Shown one piece after another: positions 1 through 13,137 of a stretch of 64,000 nucleotides of DNA. Position 1 is the stretch's first letter, and each line of letters begins with the position of its first letter. The position numbers and the translations under genes are program-made. Origin of the DNA: Octopus vulgaris (taxonomy: Eukaryota); contig OX597819.1 in assembly GCA_951406725.2 (NCBI GenBank), positions 85,002,001 to 85,066,000 of the forward strand. The letters run 5' to 3'. Below the pieces are notes generated by a model that saw only the letters and a program-made list of their open reading frames with translations, was not told the origin of the DNA and searched no databases.

Positions 1-675
1 GTGAACCATCTTCCATGCGAACACACTTCTCTCCTACCACATCACGATTCTCTCTCACACACTGTCTTGCAACACGAAACACCTCCAGTCTTTGGTCCTC
101 ACGGCGCAGAACATTGGCAAATTTTTTCTTATCTGCTTCCCCTCTGGCTAAATAAACCTGTCTCCTAGCTTCTCTTTTGGCAGTCTGATACAATCCCCTG
201 CTACCCCCATTTTTCCAGACCTTCCAAGCCTGTCTCTTTTCTCTAATAGCCCTGTCTACAATATTGTTCCACCACCATGTTATTCTAGGTTGAGAGGGGA
301 CTTTGCACCAGCCACAGATCTGGTCAGTGGCTCTCAGCAGGTTGTCCCTTAGAAACGTCCAGCTGTCTTCTACCCCCTGTGATGCTCTATCCCCTTCTAC
401 TTCGTCAGAGGCTTCAAGTAATATGTCCCTAAATCTCTGTCCATTTGCAGGATCTTTAAGCTTCCAGATCCTTCTTCTCCATATTTGTCGTCTTCTGGTT
501 GTCCTCCTAGTCCTGATCCTAAAGTCACTAACTACCAGTCTATGTTGTGGGGTACATTCTTCACCTGGGAAGGTTTTGGCATTTATAAGCAGCCATCTCT
601 CCCTTTGCCTTGTAAGGATGTAGTCAATTTGGCTGGTATGTTGGCCCGATTGGTAAGTGACTAGGTGGCTGGTAG
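1..675 (-). mobile_element. RTE-clade LINE fragment (C-terminal part of the AP endonuclease and downstream linker), truncated by the window edge
   Basis: The minus strand translates as HLVTYQSGQHTSQIDYILTRQRERWLLINAKTFPGEECTPQHRLVVSDF..IWKLKDPANGQRF..WTFLRDNLLRATDQICGW. This matches the T(Y/F)..SQIDYIL...(D/Q)H.LV pattern of RTE-type AP endonucleases. Confidence 0.8.
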
Positions 676-679
676 GTTA

Positions 680-915
680 AGTGCCTGTGCAGTGCCATGT
701 AAAAGCACCTCTATGATGACATGTAAAAACGCCTGTGCAGTGCCACGAAAAGTACCCAGCACACTCAGGAAAGTGGTTGGTGCTAGGAAAGGCATTGGGT
801 CATAGAAACCATGCCAAATCAGACTGGAGTCTGGTGCAGCTCCCCAGCTTGCCAGCTCTGGTCAAACCGTCCAACCCATGCCAGCATGGACAACAAATAT
901 TATATGATGATGATA
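680..915 (+). mobile_element. SINE family D copy (motif tggttgg-ttaggaagggcatccagc, (GAT)n tail)
   Basis: The same motif and (GAT)n tail recur at 1657-1890(-), 4625-4955, 6850-7200 and 8570-9003. Internal ~20-bp repeats resemble gcacctgtgc-gtggcacgtaaaa. Confidence 0.7.
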
Positions 916-1656
916 TATTAAGTGTTGTGATATCTTTGTCTTAGGCAAAGACACCTATCACTCGTTGGCCCAGTTTACCTAAATGTAAAGCATTTTTTTT
1001 TTACATTTAGAGAACCTCATATGTGAACATCCCACATACTAGAAACAATAACCAAATCTCCCTCAACACATTATTGTCTTAAGAATGAAGAACACATTAT
1101 ATAATCTAACTCTCTCTCTATATATATACAGAGTGGTAGACTTAATTTATCAGAAAGTTTAACACTACCTTCTGTCCTGTTGGTGCTTTTAGCAGAGACC
1201 ATTCTGTTGTAAAACATTCAAGCAAGCCTCTAGTCTGAAGTTATCTTCTCCCTTATCATCAGTCCTTTCCTCTTTTGATTAAGGAAGTAAAAATGAGAAG
1301 GATACTGCTGGCATGTCTCTGATTATAGGTCTGCTAGGTCAAAGCTGACTAAGGACTAAACTTCAACAACTGATTCTTGAGCAGATACAAGTTACTGTAG
1401 TAGCTTCTTGTACAACTGACTGATGAATGTTTGTGAGAGGATTGGTCTTGAAGAAGGGTCTGGAAGAGTGCCATTGCAGCCCTTCCAAAATTAGTGAAAT
1501 TTTTGTGGTTAATGTCCCTATTGAGCAGCTGCACCGTGATACTGGCAGGAAAAACCTTTTGGGAAAAATGGGTTTTGCCTAGTTGATTTTATATTCACTA
1601 CTTGAAAAGAGACTTATTAACCCACTGGGTTATAGGACACCTCATATTCTCTTGAT

Positions 1657-1890
1657 ATCATCATCATCGTTTAACGTCCGTTTTCCGCGCTAGCACGGGT
1701 TGGACGGTTTCGACCGGGGTCTGGGGAGCTCGGGACTGCCCCAGGCTCCAATCTAGTCTGGCAGTGTTTCTACAGCTGGATGCCCTTCCTAACGCCAACC
1801 ACTCCGCGAGTGTAGTGGGTGTTTTTTACGTGCCACCTGCACAGGTGCCAGAGGGGTCTGGCATCGGCCACGTTCGGATGGTGCTTTTTA
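1657..1890 (-). mobile_element. SINE family D copy
   Basis: Reverse complement of the 6850-7200 copy, with a (CAT)n tail at the left end. Confidence 0.75.
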
Positions 1891-2326
1891 TGTGGGGGGG
1901 GGGGTGCAGAAATATAGGGGAGCACCAGTGGGGAGGGGTGGTTCAGAGAAATGATGACAGGTTCTAGGCAAGTAGAACGTAGGATATCGAGAGAGGGGTA
2001 ATGCATGGTGAAATAGCGTATTGAAGAGGGGGGTTCGAAGAGTAGACACCTATAATGGTGGTGGGAGAAGCGACATCCGGTATAGATGGAGCAAAATATA
2101 GAGATATCCGGTATTGGTGGTGGGGGTGGGCAGGGCGGGTGAAGATACGAAGTTTGATTTTAGACGAATGAAGATAGATAGATAGATAGATAGATAGAGA
2201 AATTAGATAGATAGAGAAATTTGATAAATAGTTAGACAGATAGAGAAACATAAATAAATGGTAACCGAAGTGAAAATTAAGCATTCAACTTATCTGCACT
2301 CAGGACTACAGCTTGTAGATGAATGA

Positions 2327-2366
<40 letters not shown>

Positions 2367-2433
2367 ATATGTGTATTAGAGGGGACATACTTCAAGATGG
2401 CGCGAAGATACGAAGTTTGATTTTAGACGAATG

Positions 2434-2469
<36 letters not shown>

Positions 2470-2665
2470 GAAATTAGATAGATAGAGAAATTTGATAAAT
2501 AGTTAGACAGATAGAGAAACATAAGAGGGAGTATCCGGTGTAGATGGTGAGAACAGTGTTCACCGGTATTGGTGGTGGGGGTGGGAGGGCGTGTTCACCG
2601 GTATTGGTGGTGGGGGTGGGAGGGCGTGTTCACCGGTATTGGTGGTGGGGGCGGGAGGGCGGGCG

Positions 2666-2994
2666 CACCGCGCATTGGGAGAAGATGAGGTTTTAGGCGG
2701 CAGAAAGAAGACAGGATTGAGATGAAATGCTTTGCGGTGTGTGAATAAGTTTTTGTGAGTGAAAGTTTTTATGCTTCAGCTAGCATTTGAGACGAAAGAC
2801 AACGATAACGCTATTAGATGGGGATACAATAATAATAAGGCTTGCAAAAACAATGAAAAGAGGAAACAGGTCGGGAACTTAGCTGATGTTTTTTCATCCT
2901 GCGGTATTGGCTAAGCCTGTGGAAGCGAGTGAAGGTGAGATATATACCGAGAGAGAGAGAGACAGTGAAAACAGAGGGAGAACCGACACCACAT

Positions 2995-3029
<35 letters not shown>

Positions 3030-3313
3030 GTGACACCGCGCATTGGGAGAAGATGAGGTTTTAGGCGGCAGAAAGAAGACAGGATTGAGATGAAATGCTT
3101 TGCGGTGTGTGAATAAGTTTTTGTGAGTGAAAGTTTTTATGCTTCAGCTAGCATTTGAGACGAAAGACAACGATAACGCTATTAGATGGGGATACAATAA
3201 TAATAAGGCTTGCAAAAACAATGAAAAGAGGAAACAGGTCGGGAACTTAGCTGATGTTTTTTCATCCTGCGGTATTGGCTAAGCCTGTGGAAGCGAGTGA
3301 AGGTGAGATATAT

Positions 3314-3373
<60 letters not shown>

Positions 3374-3402
3374 TGAAAACAGAGGGAGAACCGACACCAC
3401 AT

Positions 3403-3441
<39 letters not shown>

Positions 3442-3505
3442 GTGACACCGCGCATTGGGAGAAGATGAGGTTTTAGGCGGCTGAAAGAAGACAGGATTGA
3501 GATGA
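2666..3505. repeat. Tandem duplication of a ~370-410 bp unit (2.2 copies) containing (GA)n tracts
   Basis: caccgcgcattgggagaagatgagg starts at about 2666, 3035 and 3446. The units are near-identical apart from (GA)n length. Confidence 0.9.
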
Positions 3506-4129
3506 ATTCCATGGTAGTTTAACCAATACAGATCTTTTATACTGTATAAAGCCAGTTTATTTAACAGTTTATTTAGCTCATCTCTTTTAACTCACATTAC
3601 CATTTTCTTCATTCATATGTGGAAACCAAAAGTAGCTGATGTTTAAACCACATTTTCATTAACTGCTACTGTTAACATGATGGTATCTTTTTACACTCTG
3701 CTCCCACTAAGTTCTTCCTTTATTCATCCTAAAGAAATCAAATTCAAAAGTTCAACTCCACCAGATTCTGAGATGATGAAAGAAAGTATCCAGTCCAGTG
3801 TTCTTATTGCTCTGTTGAACACAACATCTGATCTTCAAGTTTTCATGTGTTAGTTTTATAAGATTAAAAATCTAATCCTTAAACTAAAATCAATTAACCT
3901 GGTTAAAAAAGAAAAAAAAATCTTTGCTAGAAATATTGTTAGCTAACATAATATAATACACTAATGAGTAGTTACTATCTGAATTTTGCTAGCTTTGACT
4001 GAAGCTAATGCTGTTCTACAATAATAAGAATTTGCATTTGTTAAATATTTTCTTTCTCTGAACCCAAGTGGTTCTGTTAATATGTTTTTCTTTTCTTTTG
4101 ATATATGAATATAATTCCTATTCTTTCAG

Positions 4130-4259
4130 CAACACTTGATGGCAGTATTGGGTTTGTAATGCCTATTTCTGAGAAGGTATATCGTCGTTTACTCATGTTG
4201 CAAAATGCCATGGCAACTCTCATTCCACACATAGCTGGTCTTAATCCCAAGGCATACAG
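4130..4259 (+). CDS. CPSF1: CPSF1 (cleavage and polyadenylation specificity factor subunit 1, CPSF160), internal exon
   Basis: Acceptor ttctttcag|, donor AG|gtacc. Translates (A)[42 protein letters not shown](R), matching the conserved CPSF1 C-terminal [16 protein letters not shown]...H.AGLNP.A.R motif. Confidence 0.95.
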
Positions 4260-4624
4260 GTACCTTTGATGTCCATTTGTTTCACAATGTTCTCAGATTA
4301 TATATCTTATCATTGATATATTAAATTACTCTACTTCAGTTTCTTTTATTTTTAACACAAACTGTTCGAAATTAAGCAGAAGATTGATGAAAAATGAAAA
4401 GCCTGAGTTCTTTTACCATTATTATCATCATCACTATTGATATTTTAGTGTTGATTCTTTTATGCTTGGATGAATTTTTAGAGATGTATACCATGCAGCA
4501 TATTGCTAGTTATCTTGATTATTTTTGTCATCTCTCTTGTGAAGCCCTACCTTTTAAAATCTGATCTCACCTTTTTTCTCCTCACATCTTCCTTAAGTTT
4601 TGTGGATTTATTCGCTTATGATCA

Positions 4625-4955
4625 GGCACGTTTCTGCACTGGTGACTCATGTGAGGCACCCATGCTGATGACATGCAAAAGGCACCTGTGATGGTGACAC
4701 ATGAAAGGCACCTATGCTGGTGACACACAAAAGGCACCTGTGCCGGTGACATACAAAAAGCATCTGTGCAGTGGCACATAAAAAACACCTGTGCTGGTGA
4801 CATGTAAAAGATACCCAGTACACTCTATGGAGTGGTTGGCATTAGGAAGGGCATCCAGACATAGAAACCAAGCTAAAACAGACTGGAGCCTGTCAAACTG
4901 TCTCACCTATTGCCAGCATAGAAAACGGATGCTAAATGATGATGATGATAATGAT
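4625..4955 (+). mobile_element. SINE family D copy with expanded internal ~21-bp repeats, in a CPSF1 intron
   Basis: Repeated ggcacctgtgctggtgacacatgtaaaa-like units followed by the family D 3' part and a (GAT)n tail. Confidence 0.7.
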
Positions 4956-5351
4956 TATGTATGACAAGGCTTTTTTCAGTTTCTGTATACCAGATCCACT
5001 CATAAGGCTTTGGTCAGCCTGGGGTTATAGTAGAAGATACTTGCTGAACTGGAAACCATGTGGTTGGGAAGCAAACTTAAAATTAGTACTCAGGTCAATT
5101 TGATTAACTAACCTTGCAAAGCAGTACTGAAAAGACCTGTCCATCTCATCAGAATTAAGGTTCTGTCAAGCCTTTCCCCACAATCTCTTTTGAAGCCTTC
5201 CTTTTCTCCACTCCTGATCCACTTATTGTGAATGCTAATGATTCTGCTAGTTCACTGCTGTAACTGGATGTGTGATATTAGTGTGCATGAACAGTCGAGC
5301 ACATATGAGCTGAGAGAGAAACCCCCCAAAAAATGAAAGGAATCAGATATA

Positions 5352-5516
5352 GGCGCAGGAGTGGCTGTGTGGTAAGTAGCTTGCTAACCAACCACATGGT
5401 TCTGGGTTCAGTCCCACTGCGTGGCATCTTGGGCAAGTGTCTTCTGCTATAGCCCCGGGCCGACCAATGCCTTGTGAGTGGATTTGGTAGACGGAAACTG
5501 AAAGAAGCCTGTTGTA

Positions 5517-5563
<47 letters not shown>

Positions 5564-5765
5564 TTGTGTGTCTGTGTTTGTCCCTCTAGCATTGCTTGAC
5601 AACTGATGCTGGTGTGTTTAGGTCCCCGTCACTTAGCGGTTCGGCAAAAGAGACCGATAGAATAAGTACTGGGCTTACAAAGAATAAGTCCCGGGGTCGA
5701 TTTGCTCGACTAAAGGCAGTGCTCCAGCATGACCGCAGTCAAATGACTGAAACAAGTAAAAGAGA
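5352..5765 (+). mobile_element. tRNA-derived SINE family A
   Basis: Head ggcgcaggagtggctgtgtggtaag (A box) and ggttcagtccc (B box), central gtgagtggatttggtagacggaaactg, an internal (TA)n(TG)n tract, and 3' end gcagtcaaatgactgaaacaagtaaaag. Many copies occur in the window. Confidence 0.85.
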
Positions 5766-6653
5766 AAAGGGAAAAAAAAAGAGATGTATGTACATGAGAG
5801 AAGGACTGTGCAAGTATAGATATGTGACGTGTACGGATAATGATAGGCAATCCATGGGGAAAGAAACCTGTGGAAGAGGAAGATACAGGAAGAAGTGGTA
5901 AATAAATGATCTTGGGCAGCTGAATTTTATGAAAGAGGTGACAAAGGACTGCATGAAGTAGTTAGATTCTGCACTAGTTGATACCCCGCCCACTCATGCC
6001 ATCATGGAAAATTAGATGCAATATGATGGTGGTGGTGATAATGATGATGATGATGATGTTTATACATTTTATGTGGGTTTATTTTAACGCTTATGTTTGT
6101 AGTGGCACATGATAAAATTATTATAATGACCATATCTTTTGTTTATCTGTTTTTCAATGCCATCGCAAATCAGATGAATATATTACTGAAGTGTTGTTTT
6201 ATAAAGCAATGCCATAGGCCTTTCCTGTTGCTAATCTTTAGCTGTTTTTTTTTTTTGTTTCAAGTACGGCATCTCTTATTCCATACATCTTTGATGGCAG
6301 AAAACCAGTAGATGGTTTGTTGCCAAGAGGAATGACAGCAATTCCACTACTTGTAGCCCAGCAATTTTCAGTGAAGTGCAAATGTAAACACACACTGAGA
6401 TACACACACATGCACATGCATGCGTAGGTAGTGCCTCTTTCAGTTTCTGTCTACCAAATTTAGATTCGTTCAGGTTTTAGTCAGCCTGGGGCTATAGTAG
6501 AAAACACTTGCCCAAAATGCAGTACAGCAGGACTGAACCTAGAATGTATCTGTACATAAATTATGATTATCATACCATCTTTTTTTTAATTTTTTTAATC
6601 TCGTATATAACTATGATGTTTTGGTATTGATTGAGTGATCATTTTCCTTTCAG

Positions 6654-6792
6654 GGCTGCGAAGGCCACTATTCCAGAGTTGTTCAACCCAAGTCGAAATA
6701 TTCTTGATGGTGAGCTGTTGTGGAAATACACCAATCTGAGTGTAATTGAGAAAAGTGAAGTTGCCCGCCGTATCGGTATTACTGTTGATCAG
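6654..6792 (+). CDS. CPSF1: CPSF1 penultimate coding exon
   Basis: Acceptor tttcctttcag|, donor CAG|gtggg, and the phase matches the previous exon. Translates (R)AAKATIPELFNPSRNILDGELLWKYTNLSVIEKSEVARRIGITVDQ, with the conserved RN.LDGELL..Y..LS..E.....IG motif. Confidence 0.95.
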
Positions 6793-6812
6793 GTGGGTTT
6801 CATATTTATTTA

Positions 6813-6846
<34 letters not shown>

Positions 6847-6849
6847 AAT

Positions 6850-7200
6850 CGAAATCGAATTGAACCAGCCAGGATCCCTGGTCTGGTGGTACGTAAAAAG
6901 CACCATCCGACTCGCGGCCGATGCCAGCACCGCCTCGTCTGGCTTCCGTGCCGGTGGCACATAAAATACACCAATCCGACCGTGGCCGTTGCCAGCCTCG
7001 CCTGGCACCTGTGCAGGTGGCACGTAAAAAGCACCCACTACACTCACGGAGTGGTTGGCATTAGGAAGGGCATCCAGCTGTAGAAACACTGCCAGATAAG
7101 ACTGGAGCCTGGTGCAGCCTTCTGGCTTCCCAGATCCCCGGTCGAACCGTCCAACCCATGCTAGCATGGAGAATGGACGTTAAACGATGATGATGATGAT
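6850..7200 (+). mobile_element. SINE family D copy
   Basis: Family D motif and (GAT)n tail, between (TA)n tracts. Confidence 0.75.
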
Positions 7201-7453
7201 ATATATATATATATGTATATGTAAAGGTAAGATCCAAGGATCAAGGTGTAGGAAGTTAGTTAGCTTCAAGCAATCCATAGAAGATATAGAAAATAACTTT
7301 TAGTAACAATAGTGATTTATTGGTGCAGAAGGTTGTGAATTTTTGTCGTATTGAAGTATGATAAGCTGAAAAATAGTTTAAAAAATAAGTTAGTAACAAG
7401 GTTTGTTGTATATGTGAATAAACATCTAAAAGTTAGGGAATGGAGTAGATAAA

Positions 7454-7541
7454 ATCCAGGCTACATATGTTAGCGGAACCTTGGAAGTAGTAAATTATCC
7501 GAACAAGGGGTAGACCGTAAGTTATTCTTCAGGCCAAGGAT
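7454..7541 (-). ncRNA. Degenerate type I hammerhead-like motif with long domain II
   Basis: Minus strand: atcc-tt-ggc CTGAAGA ... GCTAA catatg TA gcc-t-ggat. Stem I pairs and stem III is palindromic (CATATG), but the GAAA box is non-canonical and stem II is weak. Confidence 0.4.
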
Positions 7542-7633
7542 ACCTTAATTATGTGAAGTTTACATTGTTGTTAGGAGATCCCATGTTAACTCATTGGGGA
7601 TTCGATCAAAATGCATTCTTTTGGGTATATATA

Positions 7634-8010
7634 CACTTGCGTCAGAAATTAATTAGCACTTCTCAAATTTCTACATTAAATAGGTTAAATCAATTAACCT
7701 ATGAGCTGTTCAAAACGTCTTACACGATGAGAAAACTTAGTATGGTGTGATTTCGGTCCTTGCGAGGCGCTACCTATATCTATTAAACAAAGGAAGATTT
7801 GTCTGCATCCGCACTCCAAGCTGTTGCACTGCTATGTCAACATCATAAGGCTGTAGACTCTCAAACTGCTCTGCAAACAAAGTTACGTCATCGTTCTGCG
7901 CAACAGTGAACTCGCAACAAAGCAATAGTTCGAGATATGGCCACTAGGTGACAGCACATACCTTGAGTGAAGAGCAAATTAAGGGTGCTAATTAATTTCT
8001 GACGGTAGTG
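7634..8010. mobile_element. Tc1/mariner-type MITE
   Basis: ~28-bp TIRs cacttgcgtcagaaattaattagcac / gtgctaattaatttctgacggtagtg, with TA on both flanks. Confidence 0.8.
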
Positions 8011-8569
8011 TATATATATACATGTGTGTGTGTATTGCCTTGCCTCAACATTGCATGCTGATTGTAAACAAACTTCACCATCATATAAGTGGTGTTTGTT
8101 TGCGACCTTTCATTGAAACCTCTCTGGATTAGGGCAAAGTATTACCTTGCCTGGAAACAGCTGAAGGTTGGTAACAGAAAGATTGTCTAGCCATAGAAAA
8201 TCTGTGTCACTGATTTTGTCTGAACCATGTAAGCATGGGTCAGATTTGCCTGTCTTTGTTTGGCAGGTAAGAAAGGCAGCAAAGATGGTTGTGACTATTT
8301 GGTCACTGCATGTACCACCCTGAACTGGAAGCATCCAAATTAGTCTTGTGGAATCCACTTCATAGTGACGTAAGAAGAAGAAAATGTTATCACACTTACA
8401 TTGACAACTTGATTGCAGACAGTGGCCTGGAGTGTATCCAGGACTTTGAGGCAGTGATGATGGACCGAGAAGTGTGAAAGGTAGTCTTTGTTGCTGCAGC
8501 TCAGGTTGGAACCTGGCCATAATAGTGATAATAAAATGTAATCATAGAAAAAGTGTTAAAATGCTGCCA

Positions 8570-9003
8570 CTGCCGCCACATTGGTGTGGGTGATAGTGCC
8601 ACATAAAATGCACTGGTGATGGTGCCATGTAAAAAGCACCCAATACACTCTATAAAGTGGTTGGTGTTAGGAAGGGCATCCAGCCGTAGAAACCATGCCA
8701 AAACAGAGTATGGAACCTAGTGTGGTTCCTGGCCTTGCCAATTTCCGTCAAACTGTCCAACCCTTGACAGCATAGAAAATGGACACTAAATGATGCTACT
8801 GCTGCTAATGATGACGATTTCTTCCTCAGTCCACTCTGCTGGGTGGTTGGTGTTAGGAAGGGCATCCAACTGTAAAAATCCTGTCAAAACAGACACAGAA
8901 GTCTAGTGTGGGCTTCTACCTGGCTGGCTCCTGTCAAACTGTCCCACCTATGCCAGCATGGAAGGCAAACGTTAAACAGTGATGGTGATGATGATGATGA
9001 TGA
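8570..9003 (+). mobile_element. Two tandem SINE family D 3' fragments
   Basis: The gtggttggtgttaggaagggcatcca motif occurs at about 8657 and 8843, each followed by a (GAT)n-like tail. Confidence 0.7.
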
Positions 9004-9387
9004 TCTTTCCACTCTCCATTTGCCAAATCTGCTCACAAAGCTTTGGTCGGCCCAGGGTTATAGTAAAAGACATTTGCTCTCGGTGCTATGCAGTGCTACT
9101 GAACCTAGGACTACATGGCTGAGAAACCAGCTCCTCAACCACACACACACACACACATATGTACACACACACACACAAATAGGTGCACTTACTAGTGTAC
9201 TTTTGCTGGGTAGTGATAGAAGAATACAGTTTGTGAGAATTATTAGTGTATAAAATGTAAATATCTATTCCAAGTAGCTTCTATAACATTATATCTTTTT
9301 TTTATTTGAATTCATAAAAAATGGAAAATATTATTTCATATGTTTATTAATAAAATTATGTAATATTGATCAATTCTTTCTTTTCAG

Positions 9388-9435
9388 ATTATTGATGATT
9401 TGATGGAAATCGACCATTTGAGCTCTCATTTCTAA
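9388..9435 (+). CDS. CPSF1: CPSF1 last coding exon
   Basis: Acceptor ttctttcttttcag|, phase 0. Translates IIDDLMEIDHLSSHF-stop, matching the I.DDL.E.D....HF C-terminus of CPSF1. Confidence 0.93.
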   Translation: MIDDLMEIDHLSSHF

Positions 9436-9712
9436 AGAGGCGTTGTTGTTGTTACTGTTTTCTTTCCTTTTTTTTTTTGTCATCTGTCATGATGGTGGTA
9501 TATTATAACAACTACAATAATGCTTCATCATCATTATTCAACTGACTTTATGGGTTTCTATGGCAGCTGGTGAAAGCTTGCAAGGATGATTACACACACA
9601 CACACACACACACACACCACACTTTACACAAAAGCACAAAAATACTCTTACCACAGTTTCTTACACATACGCAGTTATGGAACCACATAGATACATAACC
9701 AGTTATTCACTG

Positions 9713-9756
<44 letters not shown>

Positions 9757-9808
9757 TCTTATATAAAGTCACAATCAAATACATATGTACAGGTGTACAC
9801 ATATGTGA

Positions 9809-9867
<59 letters not shown>

Positions 9868-10364
9868 TGGTTTAAACATTCCATAGGGGCCCTAAATGTT
9901 TACACATGAATTGATTCATTAAATCATTTCCATCCATTGATATTTGTGTTGTATGTTTTTTTCCATTATAAACATATTTTCTTTCATTCTGTTTTTGTTT
10001 TGTCAAGCAAACCTAATTATTGTTATACGTTTGTCTTGGAGACTGGAGACTGACTTTTGCAGAAGTGAAAAAAAAAAAAAAAAAAAAAGAATGCTTTTCT
10101 CGAATTATTTAGATAGAAAACAAAATATTATGATAAAGAAGAGCTGTTATTGTTGTTGTTCTTTTTATTTAACTCTCAAAACAGTGAGCTGGCAAAACCG
10201 TTATAACTAAATGTTTAGTCTAGTGCATAATATGATAGTTGTTAATGTGAGAATCTCACCGTCATACTTCCCTGAAAATATATCTGGTGATGGGCAAACA
10301 AGTGAGGTTTTGATCACAGGGAGGGGCATCCACTTTCAGAAAATTTACTTCAGTGAAGCATACC

Positions 10365-10595
10365 TATTTCTTTACTACCCACAAGGGGCTAAATACAGAG
10401 TGGACAAACAAGGCCAGACAAACGGATTAAGTCGATTATATCGACCCCAGTGCATAACTGGTACTTATTTAATCGACCCCGAAAGGATGAAAGGCAAAGT
10501 TGACCTTGGTGGAATTTGCACTCAGAACGTAGCGGCAGATGAAACACCGCTAAGCATTTCACCCGGCGTTCTAACGTTTCTGCCAGCTCGCCGCC
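10365..10595 (-). mobile_element. tRNA-derived SINE family B (central domain resembling Deu/Nin-type SINEs)
   Basis: Reverse complement of ggcggcgagctggcagaaacgttag...gcctttcatcctttcggggtcgat-aaataagtaccag. Same family as 44615-45790 and 48371-48585. Confidence 0.8.
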
Positions 10596-11356
10596 TGTTG
10601 AAGCATACTTATGATCAAAGTTTTTGCAGTCACAACCATTCCATTTTCTGTTTTCTGACAAAGTGCATCCAGGATTATATTATTCAAATTACCATCCAAT
10701 TCTTAAGATAGCAGGATGTGATTTGGATGAGATTTAGCTGCTGTTTCTGGCATGTTAAATGATCACATAGAACAGTGTTGGAGAATTCTTTGTTTATGGG
10801 GTAAGGTTTGATACTTTACTATTATGAACACCCAATTTTTTTTTTTATCTACTAAATGATTAGTAAACGAACTACTAACTACTCACCTTAACCCTTTTTC
10901 TTCTCCATGAAGTAATGAAAGCTGTTCTGAAAGTCCACCGATGAACTTTTACACTCATCTCACAAGTGTTATAGTTTATCTACTAATCCTCTTAGTAAAT
11001 AAGAAAGTGCCTAAAATTTTTACCATCAGTGGGCAGGTAAATTGAAATTTCAGCTTCTCACTGACAAAGTCACTATAATCTCATTTGGAAAAAAAAATGA
11101 AGTGCAGGCATGGCTGTGTGGTAAGAAGAATCATGTGATATTGAGTTCAGTCTCACTGTGTACCATGTTGATCAAGTGTTTTCTTCTATAACCTTAGGTC
11201 AATCAAAGCCTTATAAGTAGATTTGGCTGACAGAAATTGAAAGGAGCCTAATGGAATTAAAAATTATTTTAATGCATTTGTGTACATTTAAACTAATTAA
11301 GTATTATTTTACAGAATAATAGAATTAGAATTTCTTTGATTAAAACCCTTTCTAAC

Positions 11357-11750
11357 ATGGAAGTATCCAAAGAGCATTTAAGGCACATAATGCTTTATGA
11401 GTACAAAAAAAAAAAAAAAAAAAAAAAAAACTCTGCCGCCAGTGCGACTTGAATCATACACTCAGTTTATGAGAAAGAATGCTTGACTGAAAGAACTTGC
11501 AGAAGATGGTTTGCAAAATTCAGAAGTGGAAATTTCAGCCTTGAAGATGAAGATCGAACAGGACATCCAATTGAGTTTGATGATAAACTCCTTGAGGCAT
11601 TACTTGAAGAAAATCCTGCATTATCAGTTGAAGAATTGGCAGTAAAGCTTAGTTCAAACCATACTACTACTGTTCATCGTCATTTTCAACAACTTGGAAA
11701 GGTTCCTAAACTTGAAAAATGGGTGCCTCATGAATTGTCTGAAAGCAACC
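11357..11750 (+). pseudogene. mariner (Mos1/SETMAR-like) transposase N-terminal fragment, frameshifted and truncated
   Basis: MEVSKEHLRHIMLYEYKK, then an expanded poly(A) with frameshift and stop, then TERTCRRWFAKFRSGNFSLEDEDRTGHP...LGKVPKLEKWVPHELSE. Contains the HTH region and the WVPHEL motif. Confidence 0.85.
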
Positions 11751-12926
11751 ACGATGGGACTGAACCCATAGCTTGAAGCCATGTAGTTGGGAAACAGTTT
11801 TCTTAATTACACAGCCATACCTGCACCTATACCAATAAAAATAGATCCCAACAGATCTTGGTACAATAAAGCAAAAACACAATGTAACAAAATTTTTTGC
11901 TTGTCTTTGGTCACTAAGTGTTACTTTCTAATTGCTTCTATTTAGAAATCAAAGACAATAACTACTGTTCCCTTCAGACTTTGCTTTTGTGACCTGGACA
12001 TCAATGTTTTGAAACTGATCTATTTTCCATTACATAGATTCATTGCTGAAGCAGAAATATCGTTATAGCAAATATTTTGCTCAATACTACAGATTTGTTT
12101 GTCAGGCGCTTGACCGTAACCATTTGAGCATGTCCCTTAGTGACTGACAATATGTACATCTCTGATCATGAGCAATTGTAGTGGAAGAGCATCATAGCCA
12201 TGTGTCGGGAGGGATTTTTAGGGGTTTGAAGAAAAGCAAAGTTGGAAGGAAATATTAGCCCTTTTTCATACTTTCTAGGGGTAAGCAAACAGGAAATAAC
12301 AGTTGCCATCCAAGGACAAAAATCGTGTTACGCAGTGTAAGTATACATATTGAAATGGAATAGCGGAAAATTTACAACAGTCAAATTACTTGTCCTTTGC
12401 TCCCTATGGAGCATAAGCCATTAACTACTTTTTTTCACTGTCCTTGACTCTGGGTTGTCTTTTCTATTTCTCTTCAGTTGGATCCCTGCTTTTTCAGCTC
12501 TGCCTCAATATCCCCACTCCAGCTATTTTTAGGGTGTCTTCTCTCCCGCCTTTCTTGTGGGTTCCGTGTCATGCTCTGACGTGTAATACATGCTCTGACG
12601 TGTTGCTTTCTTTCTTTTCGGATTTTGTTGCATCATATTATGTGTTTCCTCGAGGGAAGGCCATTGTCTTGTAGGTTTTGCTGGCTTTGAATTGTTACCG
12701 ATGTTTCTATAAATTTGCTTTCTTCAAGGTAGGAGTATTAACGAAATCTATTTTTACCTCTGGAAAGAAGTGGTCCATATAAGTCTGGTTTCTATCCTTT
12801 GACCTGATTAGCATGAGAAACCCTACCAGGAGCATGTGCTCCGCTGGCACAGCTTTTAGAGTCACTTAGGCACACAAGCCACTACACCACGACAAGATCT
12901 GGATCTTGTGATGGAACATCGAAGTA

Positions 12927-13137
12927 CGAGGGAGTGCTGAAACGTTCCTGGCTTTGGGTAAAAGAAAATAGAGGAGGATCAGCTAATTATGATTTTAATC
13001 AACATATTCTCTCAAATTCACACACTTATTGCAGCGGTCCTTCAGTTTTCTAAGCCTTATAAAAGAACTCGAAAGGTTGGCATCCCACCAGACCTTTTGC
13101 GATATCCTTAAAACCAGCAACGTTTCAGCACTCCTCG
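12927..13137. mobile_element. mariner-derived MITE
   Basis: TIRs cgagggagtgctgaaacgttcctggcttt / aaaaccagcaacgtttcagcactcctcg with TA flanks. A half copy lies at about 50920-51005. Confidence 0.8.

Noticed and set aside
4625-4810. CRISPR-like array of ~21-bp repeats
   Set aside because: These are degenerate tandem units without unique spacers inside a eukaryotic SINE, and there are no cas genes.
9436-11840. CPSF1 poly(A) signal (ATTAAA at about 9919 or AATAAA at about 11834)
   Set aside because: In such AT-rich sequence the true site cannot be chosen without transcript data.
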